From an uncultured Eubacteriales bacterium (GTDB taxonomy: Bacteria > Bacillota > Clostridia > Christensenellales > CAG-917), in the NCBI GenBank assembly GCA_900545885.1, contig URAF01000002.1, positions 89,866 to 153,865 on the forward strand: 64,000 nt of DNA. The letters are read 5' to 3'. Below, piece by piece: positions 29,894 to 39,182 of this stretch. The notes beneath the pieces are model-generated. The model was given only the letters and a program-made list of their open reading frames with translations. It had not been told where the DNA came from and made no database searches. The translations under genes were made by a program, and so were the position numbers. Every line of letters begins with the position of its first letter. The first letter of the stretch is position 1.

Positions 29894-30127
29894 ATGGCTA
29901 AATCCAAGAAAGCAAAGAAAGACTATTTCGGTCTGCCTTACATCGTCAGCGTTATTCTGGCGATTATCCCCGTGACGGCGTGGCTCCTCGGCGCAATCAC
30001 CCGTTTCTCGGAAGGTAAAATCGTCGCAGGCATCATTCGCCTTATCGGTCTCGGACTCCTCATCTGGATTGTCGACATCATCATAATGATTACCAAGAAA
30101 CAAATCTGGCGTTTGCTCCCCGTCTGA
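29894..30127 (+). CDS. Small two-TM membrane protein with a Lys-rich N-terminus
   Basis: MAKSKKAKKDYF, then two hydrophobic helices. Strong AGGGAGG RBS. Confidence 0.6.
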   Translation: MAKSKKAKKDYFGLPYIVSVILAIIPVTAWLLGAITRFSEGKIVAGIIRLIGLGLLIWIVDIIIMITKKQIWRLLPV

Positions 30128-30128
30128 T

Positions 30129-30311
30129 ATGACATACGTTTCGTTGAACGGAAGCAAAGAATTTTACGACTTGAAGCAAGCACTTGACGAGCTTGCTTTT
30201 TGTCATTATCCCGTAACCGTTTCGAGCGCGGAAGAAAGTCGGCTTTTCGACTCGTTCGACTCTGCGCGGGAGTACGTTGAGTCGCTGTTCGGCAAAAGCA
30301 CGACGCTTTGA
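30129..30311 (+). CDS. Small acidic soluble protein, hypothetical
   Basis: 60-aa ORF starting 1 nt after the previous stop. Codon usage resembles the neighbours, but there is no clear RBS. Confidence 0.4.
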   Translation: MTYVSLNGSKEFYDLKQALDELAFCHYPVTVSSAEESRLFDSFDSAREYVESLFGKSTTL

Positions 30312-30418
30312 CGCCGACTTGACGCTTTGACGCGTGCGTGACAGGGCTCATCGCTTTCCGTAAATGCACGCAGACGCAAAACTAAGCGACATGCAACAAA
30401 AATATGACAAACCGTACG

Positions 30419-30447
30419 ACACCGCCTTGCAAGGCGGTGTTTTTTTG
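30419..30447 (+). terminator. Intrinsic terminator
   Basis: Stem caccgcc/ggcggtg followed by TTTTTTT. Confidence 0.75.
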
Positions 30448-30646
30448 CGCAAAAATCACCGATGTGACGATTTAAGCCTTCTTTAATTAAAAGAGTAAAT
30501 ACTCTGTCTTTGTTTGCAGCAAAATCAAGACTTGAAAAGAAAAAATTGCATTTTATTCGACATATGTACGATTATAATATTATTTGTAATAATATTAGCC
30601 GAATATATGGTAAAAATTTCGCAAATTGTGGTAAAGTAGAATCGTT

Positions 30647-32248
30647 ATGGAAAAGAGTATGACGTGCTACGAAATGCTGATAAGGAATTGTGACCCTAGC
30701 GGTCACGTGATATTCGACAATCACGACATTCCGATGTCATTGTTTCTGTCGCACATAGAGAGTTTTGCTCATTCGCTTAAAAATTTAGGGTTTGAAAAGG
30801 GCGACGTCCTTACCATTTATCTCCCGACCTGCCCGCAGGCGGTAGTGGCTTTTTACGCGTGTTCCAAACTCGGCGTCGTCGCGAACATCGTTCACCCGCT
30901 AATCCCTCTTGCTTCGCTCAAAGAGAATATGCAACGGTTAGGCTCCAAAGGGCTGATGTTTTACGATATTCTCGTGAAGGATCACAGGGAACTCAAAGAC
31001 CTCGGACAACAAGTGCTCATCAAGTGTTCGGTGTCCAACTACGTGCGGGTCAGAAAACTCGCATATTCGATATATGCGTTGACAAGACACAAGCCCGCGC
31101 AGGGTACGTTGTCTTACTCCAAGCTCGTGTGGCACAATCCCATGGAAGTTTTCCACGACCTTGTGGAAGGTGAAGGCGAGGACGTCGTTTGCACAATGCA
31201 CAGCGGCGGCACCACGGGCGAACCGCGTATAGTAAGATTGCAGAACGACGCGCTCAACCGTTTGAGCGTATCGCTGGAAAAAATGTACACCCGCAAGGAA
31301 CGCAAAGGAGAATTCGGCGTGGTTGCGCTGCCCATTTTCCATGCGTACGGGCTGGGCGTTGCAATTCACACCTGCCTTACCAACGGTTACAGCGTCATAC
31401 TGATGCCGAAGTTCTGGCCGAAAGTCATCAACAAGTATATAAGACGCTACAACGTCACTTTCTTTGCGTGCGTTCCGATAATGATAAGAAAAATGATGGA
31501 ATGCAACAACTTCCGCGGACGTCACCTTGCCAAGCTCAAAGACGTTTGGTGCGGCGGCGACGTTGTGTCCGAACCCTTTGTCGAGTACGTTGATACGGTT
31601 CTCGACGCGTACGGTTCGACGGCACGCGTCATGCGCGGTTACGGACTTACGGAAGTGGCGTCGGTTTGCGCCGTCAACACTTTCGAGAACTACAAAAAGA
31701 AAAGCTGCGGCAAACCCATTCCCGATACCGAAATCGAAATCTGGGACGACGACGGCAACGTGTTGAAACAAAACACCGTAGGTGAAATCGTAATCGTGTC
31801 CGATTGCGCAATGAAAGGTTACGTCGGAGACGATACGGGAGTTATCGAGAAAAACGGCAAAAAGTACGTGAAAACGGGCGACCTCGGCATATTGGACGAC
31901 GAAGGGTATCTTTTCGTTTATGACAGAAAGAAGCGTTCAGTCAAAATTTCCGCTGTCAACGTTTTCCCGTCCGAAATCGAGGACGTGGTAAAACAGTTGC
32001 CGGTTGTCGACGAGGCGTGCGCGGTGGGTTATCACTACAACGAAAAGGCGTACATCAAACTGTTCGTAACGCTTACGGACCCTGCCGCCGATAAGCATGC
32101 CGTCAAGAAACAGATTATCGAGCATTGCGAAAAGCATCTTATCAAATATTCCGTTCCAAAGGTCATAGAGATTATCAACGAAATGCCGAGAACCAATATC
32201 GGCAAAATCGACTACAAAAAGTTAAGCATAAATCAGAGGTTGAAATGA
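30647..32248 (+). CDS. ANL-superfamily adenylate-forming enzyme (acyl-CoA synthetase-like)
   Basis: Core motifs HSGGTTGEPR (A3), GYGLTE (A5), KTGDLG (A7) and PRTNIGKIDYKKL (A10 Lys). Confidence 0.85.
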   Translation: MEKSMTCYEMLIRNCDPSGHVIFDNHDIPMSLFLSHIESFAHSLKNLGFEKGDVLTIYLPTCPQAVVAFYACSKLGVVANIVHPLIPLASLKENMQRLGSKGLMFYDILVKDHRELKDLGQQVLIKCSVSNYVRVRKLAYSIYALTRHKPAQGTLSYSKLVWHNPMEVFHDLVEGEGEDVVCTMHSGGTTGEPRIVRLQNDALNRLSVSLEKMYTRKERKGEFGVVALPIFHAYGLGVAIHTCLTNGYSVILMPKFWPKVINKYIRRYNVTFFACVPIMIRKMMECNNFRGRHLAKLKDVWCGGDVVSEPFVEYVDTVLDAYGSTARVMRGYGLTEVASVCAVNTFENYKKKSCGKPIPDTEIEIWDDDGNVLKQNTVGEIVIVSDCAMKGYVGDDTGVIEKNGKKYVKTGDLGILDDEGYLFVYDRKKRSVKISAVNVFPSEIEDVVKQLPVVDEACAVGYHYNEKAYIKLFVTLTDPAADKHAVKKQIIEHCEKHLIKYSVPKVIEIINEMPRTNIGKIDYKKLSINQRLK

Positions 32249-33510
32249 ACGAGGCATTGACAAGCGACGCCGTAAATCTCGGCGCCGACCCCGCCGCAAT
32301 AACCCCCGAAAAACCGAAACGTATAAGAAGTATCGACCGTTTCAGAGGTTTTTGCGTGTTTTCAATGGTAATATTCCAGTTTTTGTCGCATTTCCCGAGT
32401 CTGGGATTTCTGTCCCGACTTGCGGTGCACGACATAAACCAGGGCATTGTCATTCTGCCCGGAATGACGCTCGCCGACATCATCGCGCCTGCATTTATTT
32501 TCGCAATAGGGCTGACCTACGCGCTGTCGTTTTACAACTGGCTCGGTAAATTCGGTCTGAAAAGCGCGATAATCCATTATGTGGAAAGAGCGCTTGCGCT
32601 CGTCGGTATAGGCGCTTTTACGGAAATTTCGCTGAACGTTGTGGAAGCCGCAAGCGGCAGACCGCTCAACGAAGTCGACATAACTTGTCTTGTGTTCGGT
32701 TCGATTGCCATTGTCGGCATTATTCTCGTCGTGGTTTCGGGCTGTACCAAAAACAAGCTGTTCAGGAAAATTTCCTCGCAGGTACTGTACATTTCGCTCT
32801 CGTGCATGGGTATTGTCGACCTTGTCGTCAGCGCAATCGACTACGCCTACATCGCGGCTGGCGGTCAGGCTGTTTACAACTACTGGCTGACCTTGCAGGG
32901 CATAGGCGTTGCGATACTCATCGCTCTTCCTTTTGTCCGTTCAAAAGCGTGGCTCAAAGCTCTGGTCGCGCTCATTCTCACAATCGGATTTTCCGTTTAT
33001 CATCAGACGGGCGACAACGCAATCTATCTCGAAGTAATGCCTCACGGCGGCATTATGGGAACTCTCGGCTGGGGCGCAATGCTTCTCTTCGATATGGCGA
33101 TTGCCGACGTATATTTCGAAAGAAGCAAACCTATGTCGTACGCGTTGTCCCTTTTCTTCCTTGTGCTGGGAATATACCTCGTTCAGTGGCTCGGACCCAT
33201 TACGATGGGCACTTGCAGTCCTACGTTTATTCTCGTCGGCACGGGGTTGAGCGGAGCCGTGTTCGCTCTCTTCGACGTGGTGGACAGATTCCGTCCCGCC
33301 CGATTCGATTTCCTTGCGTGGTGGGGTAAAAACCCGATTATCCTCTTCCTCGTCGAATTCTTCTTCGTCGGGATTTACACGATGGTACTTCCCGCCGCAG
33401 CTACGACGGACGCACCGCTTTGGCTCGCCATAATTCAGGGCGTGCTTATGACCGCGTTGCTTACCGCCTTCACCTACTGGCTGTCCAAGAGAAAGGCAAT
33501 CAGCGTCTGA
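32245..33510 (+). CDS. HGSNAT-like (DUF1624/DUF5009) polytopic membrane acyltransferase, copy 1
   Basis: N-terminal RIRSIDRFRGF motif, then about 10 TM helices and LPGMTLADIIAPAFIFAIGLT. Its ATG overlaps the ligase stop (ATGA at 32245-32248). Confidence 0.7.
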   Translation: MNEALTSDAVNLGADPAAITPEKPKRIRSIDRFRGFCVFSMVIFQFLSHFPSLGFLSRLAVHDINQGIVILPGMTLADIIAPAFIFAIGLTYALSFYNWLGKFGLKSAIIHYVERALALVGIGAFTEISLNVVEAASGRPLNEVDITCLVFGSIAIVGIILVVVSGCTKNKLFRKISSQVLYISLSCMGIVDLVVSAIDYAYIAAGGQAVYNYWLTLQGIGVAILIALPFVRSKAWLKALVALILTIGFSVYHQTGDNAIYLEVMPHGGIMGTLGWGAMLLFDMAIADVYFERSKPMSYALSLFFLVLGIYLVQWLGPITMGTCSPTFILVGTGLSGAVFALFDVVDRFRPARFDFLAWWGKNPIILFLVEFFFVGIYTMVLPAAATTDAPLWLAIIQGVLMTALLTAFTYWLSKRKAISV

Positions 33511-33549
33511 TGCCTTTCGCCGACGCCAATCACAACCAAAGGAGATTAT

Positions 33550-34869
33550 ATGGAAAAGGTTTACGATACCGACCTCACGCAGAACGCGGTAGCATTGGTG
33601 CCCGAACACGAAATGCTCACCGTAGACAGCGTGAAAAAAGAAAGAATTCTGTCGATTGACAGGTTCCGCGGACTTTGTATGTTCGCAATGGTGTGTTCTT
33701 ATTTTCTGGGACTGTTCAGCGGAGCGTTCGAGGCTTTCGCTCCCATAATCACGCATTTCAGAGACGGCATGGACACCGAAGGTATATTCATGCTGTTGCC
33801 CGGAATGTCATTTGCCGACCTCTTCGCGCCCATGTTCATATTCGTCATCGGATTGTCCATGGTTCACAGTTTCAGGTCGCGCGAAAAAAGATACGGAACG
33901 ACCAGAGCGTTTGTCCAGCTTGCCGCAAGATTTGCGGGCATAATCGGCATGGGCATGGTAATTGCCGGACTTGAATCCGGTTGGAGCGGAGTCATAAGCG
34001 GCGACTGGGCGAACTTCGACGCCATACCTCACAAAGCCGTTCAGATTTTCGCGGCATGGTTCGTGCTCCAATGCTGCCTGCTTGTTCTGCTCATCGTTTC
34101 GCGTTTCTTCAAGAGCGACAAAATCAAGAAACCCGTCGAAAACGTGTTCAGGTTCAGCCTTGTGGTGGCGGGTGTGCTCGGCGTTTACTTCATTCTCGTT
34201 GCAACCGCCGAAAAATTCACGCCTCCCGAAGCGCCCCGTTACGGCGACTGGGTGTGGGACGTTCTTCCTCACATAGGACTTTCGGGACTGCTTGCGCTTC
34301 CTTTCCTCAAATTCAACAAGTGGGGCAGACTTGCGGCGGCGGCCGTTCTGTTCTTCGTAATGGCGGTGCTTTACGAAAACGGACTTTATCCGCAGGGTTC
34401 TAGCATTGTCGAAGGCGGTTTCATAGGCGGCTTCGGCGGAGCGCAGATTGTGCTTCTCGGCACAGTGTTCTCCGACCTCAAAGACGACAAATCCTACTGG
34501 GTGCTCACGTCATTGGTTCTTCTCGTCGCCGTGTTCTGCGCGGTTTCGCTCGGACTTCACGTTGCAAAGAGAGGATATACGCCCACTTACTGCTGGTTCA
34601 GCGCAGGTGTTGCCGCGGTTATCTGGGGCGCGTTCAACCTCATCAACAAATGGCAACCCAAGTTTGATTTCCTCAAAGTTTGGGGCGCAAACGCAATCGT
34701 CACTTACATCACGACAATTCTCGTATGCATGATTGTCGGAATGTTCAAGGGCGACGAGGCGGCGGCTATGTCCGCGGGTGCGGCGGTTTCCATCGTGCTT
34801 GTTGTGCTTGCAGTCTACACCGTTGTACAGACAATCCTCGACAAAAAGAAAATTTACATCAGAGTTTAA
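33550..34869 (+). CDS. HGSNAT-like (DUF1624/DUF5009) polytopic membrane acyltransferase, copy 2
   Basis: RILSIDRFRGL and LPGMSFADLFAPMFIFVIGLS are clearly paralogous to copy 1. AAAGGAG RBS. Confidence 0.7.
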   Translation: MEKVYDTDLTQNAVALVPEHEMLTVDSVKKERILSIDRFRGLCMFAMVCSYFLGLFSGAFEAFAPIITHFRDGMDTEGIFMLLPGMSFADLFAPMFIFVIGLSMVHSFRSREKRYGTTRAFVQLAARFAGIIGMGMVIAGLESGWSGVISGDWANFDAIPHKAVQIFAAWFVLQCCLLVLLIVSRFFKSDKIKKPVENVFRFSLVVAGVLGVYFILVATAEKFTPPEAPRYGDWVWDVLPHIGLSGLLALPFLKFNKWGRLAAAAVLFFVMAVLYENGLYPQGSSIVEGGFIGGFGGAQIVLLGTVFSDLKDDKSYWVLTSLVLLVAVFCAVSLGLHVAKRGYTPTYCWFSAGVAAVIWGAFNLINKWQPKFDFLKVWGANAIVTYITTILVCMIVGMFKGDEAAAMSAGAAVSIVLVVLAVYTVVQTILDKKKIYIRV

Positions 34870-34910
34870 CATTTGCGGAAATCTGATTGTCGAAACAACC
34901 GATAATCCGA

Positions 34911-34947
34911 AAAAGCCGCGCACAACCGTGCGCGGCTTTGTGTTTTT
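34911..34947 (+). terminator. Intrinsic terminator
   Basis: Stem agccgcgcac/gtgcgcggct followed by TTGTGTTTTT. Confidence 0.75.
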
Positions 34948-35175
34948 AACATTATTTAATACTTCGTGTATAGAATTTGCCTTAAAAGCCGTTACTCAAA
35001 ATATATAAGTATTATAATTTGACGTCCGTATTTGGGTTGACATATAACTTGTGTCAACATATAATGCATATACGTTGCAATACAAATATTAACTGTTGAT
35101 TATAAATTTACACGCGCCTGCACGCAACGCTTCGGCGCTTTGTGCTTCCGTATTGCGTGAACGGAGAGAATTTTT

Positions 35176-37011
35176 ATGGGTCGTCAACAAAAAACCGCCA
35201 AGCAGCCCGGAGCTTTGCGTTCCCTCGCGGGTTGTATAGGGGAATATGCGTTCCCTTCCGTTCTGACTTCGGTTTTCGTCATATTCGAAGTCATTCTGGA
35301 AGTGTTCATTCCTCTGATTATGGTGCAGATTATCGACGTGGGGTTGGAACAGGAAACGGGTCCGTTTGTCTTTTCCTTGCAACTCGGCAGTTTTAACGCG
35401 CCCGTTTTCTCGCTGGACGGAAGAACGGACTTCATTCTTGCCTGCGGCGGACTTATGATTGCAATGGCGCTGTTATCCCTGCTTTTCGGCGTTCTGTCGG
35501 GCAGATACGCGGCATATTCCGCGACGGGCTTCTCCATGAACGTCAGACAGCGCATTTACTACAAGGTTCAGGATTTCAGTTTCGCAAACCTCGACCACTT
35601 CAACACCGCAAGCCTTGTTACGCGTCTTACGACGGACATCAGCAATATTCAGATGTCCTATATGATGATAATCCGCGTTCTCGTCCGCGCTCCCGTAATG
35701 CTTATTATGGCGCTTTCCATGGCGATTTCCATAAGCCCCGACCTCGCGGTTGTTTTCGCGGTCGCGCTTCCCATTATAATTGTCGGATTGGTAGTCGGTA
35801 TAGTCGTGGTTTTCCCGCGCTTTACGAAAATGCTTCATAAATACGACGATATGAACGAAAGCACGCAGGAAAACCTCACGGGTATCCGTACGGTCAAAAC
35901 TTTCGTGCGTGAAGAATACGAAACCGAAAAATTCAGAAAGGTCAGTGCAACGGTTCAGAAACTTCAGTTCTCCGCCGAAAAAATGCTGGTCATCGCAATG
36001 CCGCTCATGCAGGCGGTTGCGTTCGGTTGTATCGTTTCCGTCGTTTGGTTCGGCGGCAACCGTATAATCAGCGGCATTATGTCGCCCGGTCAGTTCACCG
36101 CGTTCATAAACTATATCATGCAGATACTCATGTCGCTCGGAATGGTGGCAATGGTGTTTGTCATGCTCGTTCTGTCGAGAGCGTCGGCGGGACGTATCGC
36201 GGAAGTTTTCAACGAGAAACTCGATATCGAAGACAATCCCGACCCCGTGACAAACGAAGTCGCGGACGGAAGCATAGACTTCGACAACGTCGATTTCTCT
36301 TACAGCAAGAACCCCGAAGTCCTCAACCTCGAAAACGTCAACCTGCACATCAAATCGGGCGAAACAATCGGCATAATAGGCGGAACGGGTTCGGCAAAGA
36401 CCACGCTGGTACAGCTCATACCGCGTCTGTATGACGTCCTCGACGGAAGCGTCAAAGTAGGCGGCGTAGACGTTCGCGATTACAGACTGGAAGATTTGAG
36501 AAACGCAGTCGGCATGGTGTTGCAGAAAAACGTGCTTTTCTCGGGCAGCATCAAAGAAAACCTCAAATGGGGCAATCCCGACGCAACCGACGAGCAGGTT
36601 ATACACGCGGCAAAAGCGGCGCAGGCGCACGATTTTGTCATGAGTTTCCCCGACGGATACGAAACCGACCTCGGTCAGGGCGGCGTAAACGTTTCGGGCG
36701 GACAAAAACAGCGCTTGTGCATTGCGAGAGCACTGCTCAAAAATCCCCGCATAATGATACTTGACGACTCTACTTCGGCTGTCGACACCGCAACCGACGC
36801 GGCAATCAGACAGGGACTTAAAGAGGAGTTCAAAGGCATAACGGTCATTATCATCGCACAACGTATCAGTTCCGTTCAGGACGCGGACAGAATAATCGTT
36901 ATGGAAGACGGCAAAATCAACGCCGTCGGCACTCACGAAGAACTGCTGGCGAACAATCAGATCTACAAAGACGTGTTCTATTCCCAGCAAAAGGGGGCGG
37001 AAAATGACTAA
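35176..37011 (+). CDS. ABC exporter, fused permease/ATPase (type I exporter half-transporter)
   Basis: Six-TM domain, then Walker A GGTGSAKTT, signature VSGGQKQRLCIARAL and Walker B ILDDSTSAVD. Confidence 0.9.
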   Translation: MGRQQKTAKQPGALRSLAGCIGEYAFPSVLTSVFVIFEVILEVFIPLIMVQIIDVGLEQETGPFVFSLQLGSFNAPVFSLDGRTDFILACGGLMIAMALLSLLFGVLSGRYAAYSATGFSMNVRQRIYYKVQDFSFANLDHFNTASLVTRLTTDISNIQMSYMMIIRVLVRAPVMLIMALSMAISISPDLAVVFAVALPIIIVGLVVGIVVVFPRFTKMLHKYDDMNESTQENLTGIRTVKTFVREEYETEKFRKVSATVQKLQFSAEKMLVIAMPLMQAVAFGCIVSVVWFGGNRIISGIMSPGQFTAFINYIMQILMSLGMVAMVFVMLVLSRASAGRIAEVFNEKLDIEDNPDPVTNEVADGSIDFDNVDFSYSKNPEVLNLENVNLHIKSGETIGIIGGTGSAKTTLVQLIPRLYDVLDGSVKVGGVDVRDYRLEDLRNAVGMVLQKNVLFSGSIKENLKWGNPDATDEQVIHAAKAAQAHDFVMSFPDGYETDLGQGGVNVSGGQKQRLCIARALLKNPRIMILDDSTSAVDTATDAAIRQGLKEEFKGITVIIIAQRISSVQDADRIIVMEDGKINAVGTHEELLANNQIYKDVFYSQQKGAEND

Positions 37012-38947
37012 GAAATCCGGACATACCCTTACAAAAGGCAAAAACAAAGCGGCGGCGCGTTACGGCAACGGCAAAAAGTTTCAGGCGCAGAACCCTGCGG
37101 TGACGTTCAAACGTATACTTTCCTACTTCAAGCCCTTCAAGGTTCAGCTTATATTCGCAGCGATATGCCTTGTCTGCAACGTCGGTGCCACCGTTTCGGG
37201 AACGTTTATGCTGGGCATAATCGTGGACAAATACATTATGCCGCTTGCCCAAGGTTCGACCGCGGTTACGATGGCGGACTTCTCGCTGATGGCGGGCGTA
37301 ATGGCAATGATATACGCGGTCGGCGTGCTCATGCAGTACGGCTACAACTGGATTATCGTCAATATGACGACGCAAATTCAGAAAAACGTACGCGACGAAA
37401 TGTTCACCAAGATGGAACGCCTGCCCATACGCTTCTTCGACACTCACGCCAACGGCGACATAATGAGCTGTTTCACCAACGACGCGGATACTTTGCGCGA
37501 ACTCCTTGCAAACGGCATTCCGTACCTCATTTCCAACGGACTCATGGTTCTCGGCATCTTCATCGCGATGATGGTAATAAGCCCCTTGCTTACGCTGTTC
37601 ATCATCGTAATGCTCATCATAATGTTCGTCATAGTGAAGTATATCGGCGGCAAGTCGGGCAAACACTTCGTCAAACAGCAACGCGCAATCGGCGTACTCG
37701 ACGGCTACGTGGAAGAGCATATCGAAGGTATGCGAGTCGTGAAAGTATTCTGCCACGAAGATGCGGAAAAAGAGTCTTTTGACGAAATCAACCACAACCT
37801 GCGTTTTGCCTCGCGCAAGGCAAACACCTACGCAAACGTTCTTATGCCCATTCTCGGCAACCTGGGTTACGTCAACTACGCAATCACGGCAATAGTCGGC
37901 ACGCTGTTCGCGGTATCGGGGTTCGGCGGCATGACTTTCGGTACATTGATTGTATTCTTGCAGTATTCTCGTCAATTCAGCATGCCGATAGGGCAGATGT
38001 CCCAGCAAATAAACAGCATTCTTATGGCGCTTGCGGGTGCTGAAAGAATTTTTGCGCTTATCGACAGCGAACCCGAAACGGACGACGGTTACGTCACTCT
38101 CGTCAATGCCACGGAGGACGAAAACGGCAACATCGTCGAGTCCGACAAATACACGGGACAGTGGGCGTGGAAACATTATCACAAAGCGGAAGGAACGACC
38201 ACGTACGTCAAATGGACGGGCGAAGTCGAGTTCGAAAACGTGACTTTCGGTTACGTGCCCGAAAAGACGGTGTTGAAAAACATCAACCTTGTGGCAAATC
38301 CGGGTCAGAAAATCGCGCTTGTGGGTTCGACGGGCGCAGGCAAAACCACGATAACCAACCTTATCAACCGTTTCTACGACGTCGAAGACGGCAAAATACG
38401 TTACGACAAAATCAATATTCAGAAAATCAAGAAAGACGACCTGCGCCGTTCTCTCGGAATGGTCTTGCAGGATACGCATCTTTTCACGGGTACCGTACGC
38501 GACAATATCCGTTTCGGCAAACTTGACGCAACCGACGAAGAAGTAGAAGCCGCGGCAAAACTTGCAAACGCAGACTATTTCATCAGACATCTGCCGCAAG
38601 GCTACGACACAATGCTTTCGGGCGACGGAGCCAATCTTTCGCAGGGACAACGCCAGTTGTTGTCGATAGCACGTGCAGCGGTGGCAAATCCGCCCGTGCT
38701 CATTCTGGACGAAGCCACATCGTCAATCGACACCCGCACCGAAAAGATTATCGAAAAGGGTATGGACGGGCTTATGCGCGGCAGAACGGTCTTTGTCATA
38801 GCGCACCGCCTTTCCACGGTACGAAACGCCGACGTCATTCTGGTGCTCGAACACGGCGAAATAATCGAACGCGGCAATCACGAGGAATTGCTTGCGCAGA
38901 AAGGCAAATACTATCAGCTCTACACGGGTGCGTTCGAACTCGACTGA
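37004..38947 (+). CDS. ABC exporter, fused permease/ATPase (partner half-transporter)
   Basis: Walker A GSTGAGKTT, signature LSQGQRQLLSIARA and Walker B ILDEATSSID. It overlaps the upstream gene by 8 nt. Confidence 0.9.
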   Translation: MTKKSGHTLTKGKNKAAARYGNGKKFQAQNPAVTFKRILSYFKPFKVQLIFAAICLVCNVGATVSGTFMLGIIVDKYIMPLAQGSTAVTMADFSLMAGVMAMIYAVGVLMQYGYNWIIVNMTTQIQKNVRDEMFTKMERLPIRFFDTHANGDIMSCFTNDADTLRELLANGIPYLISNGLMVLGIFIAMMVISPLLTLFIIVMLIIMFVIVKYIGGKSGKHFVKQQRAIGVLDGYVEEHIEGMRVVKVFCHEDAEKESFDEINHNLRFASRKANTYANVLMPILGNLGYVNYAITAIVGTLFAVSGFGGMTFGTLIVFLQYSRQFSMPIGQMSQQINSILMALAGAERIFALIDSEPETDDGYVTLVNATEDENGNIVESDKYTGQWAWKHYHKAEGTTTYVKWTGEVEFENVTFGYVPEKTVLKNINLVANPGQKIALVGSTGAGKTTITNLINRFYDVEDGKIRYDKINIQKIKKDDLRRSLGMVLQDTHLFTGTVRDNIRFGKLDATDEEVEAAAKLANADYFIRHLPQGYDTMLSGDGANLSQGQRQLLSIARAAVANPPVLILDEATSSIDTRTEKIIEKGMDGLMRGRTVFVIAHRLSTVRNADVILVLEHGEIIERGNHEELLAQKGKYYQLYTGAFELD

Positions 38948-39131
38948 CAACCGCATCTCGCACTCCGCACGATGCCTTTCGACGGCAACCGTTACAAGGC
39001 GATAAAGCGACAGCTAAATCAGAGTATACTGTTTAGCAGAGTTAAATTCTCAAAATCGCTTGTTGAAACCGTCGAAAATGCATGGTAAAATTGTCGAAAA
39101 GCAAAATACAAATGCGGAATTTACTTTTTAT

Positions 39132-39165
39132 AAAAAAAATCACCGATTGCTCGGTGATTTTTTTG
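39132..39165. terminator. Bidirectional intrinsic terminator
   Basis: AAAAAAA-atcaccga-ttgc-tcggtgat-TTTTTTT, between convergent genes. Confidence 0.8.
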
Positions 39166-39182
39166 TCGCATGTTGTGCGGGA

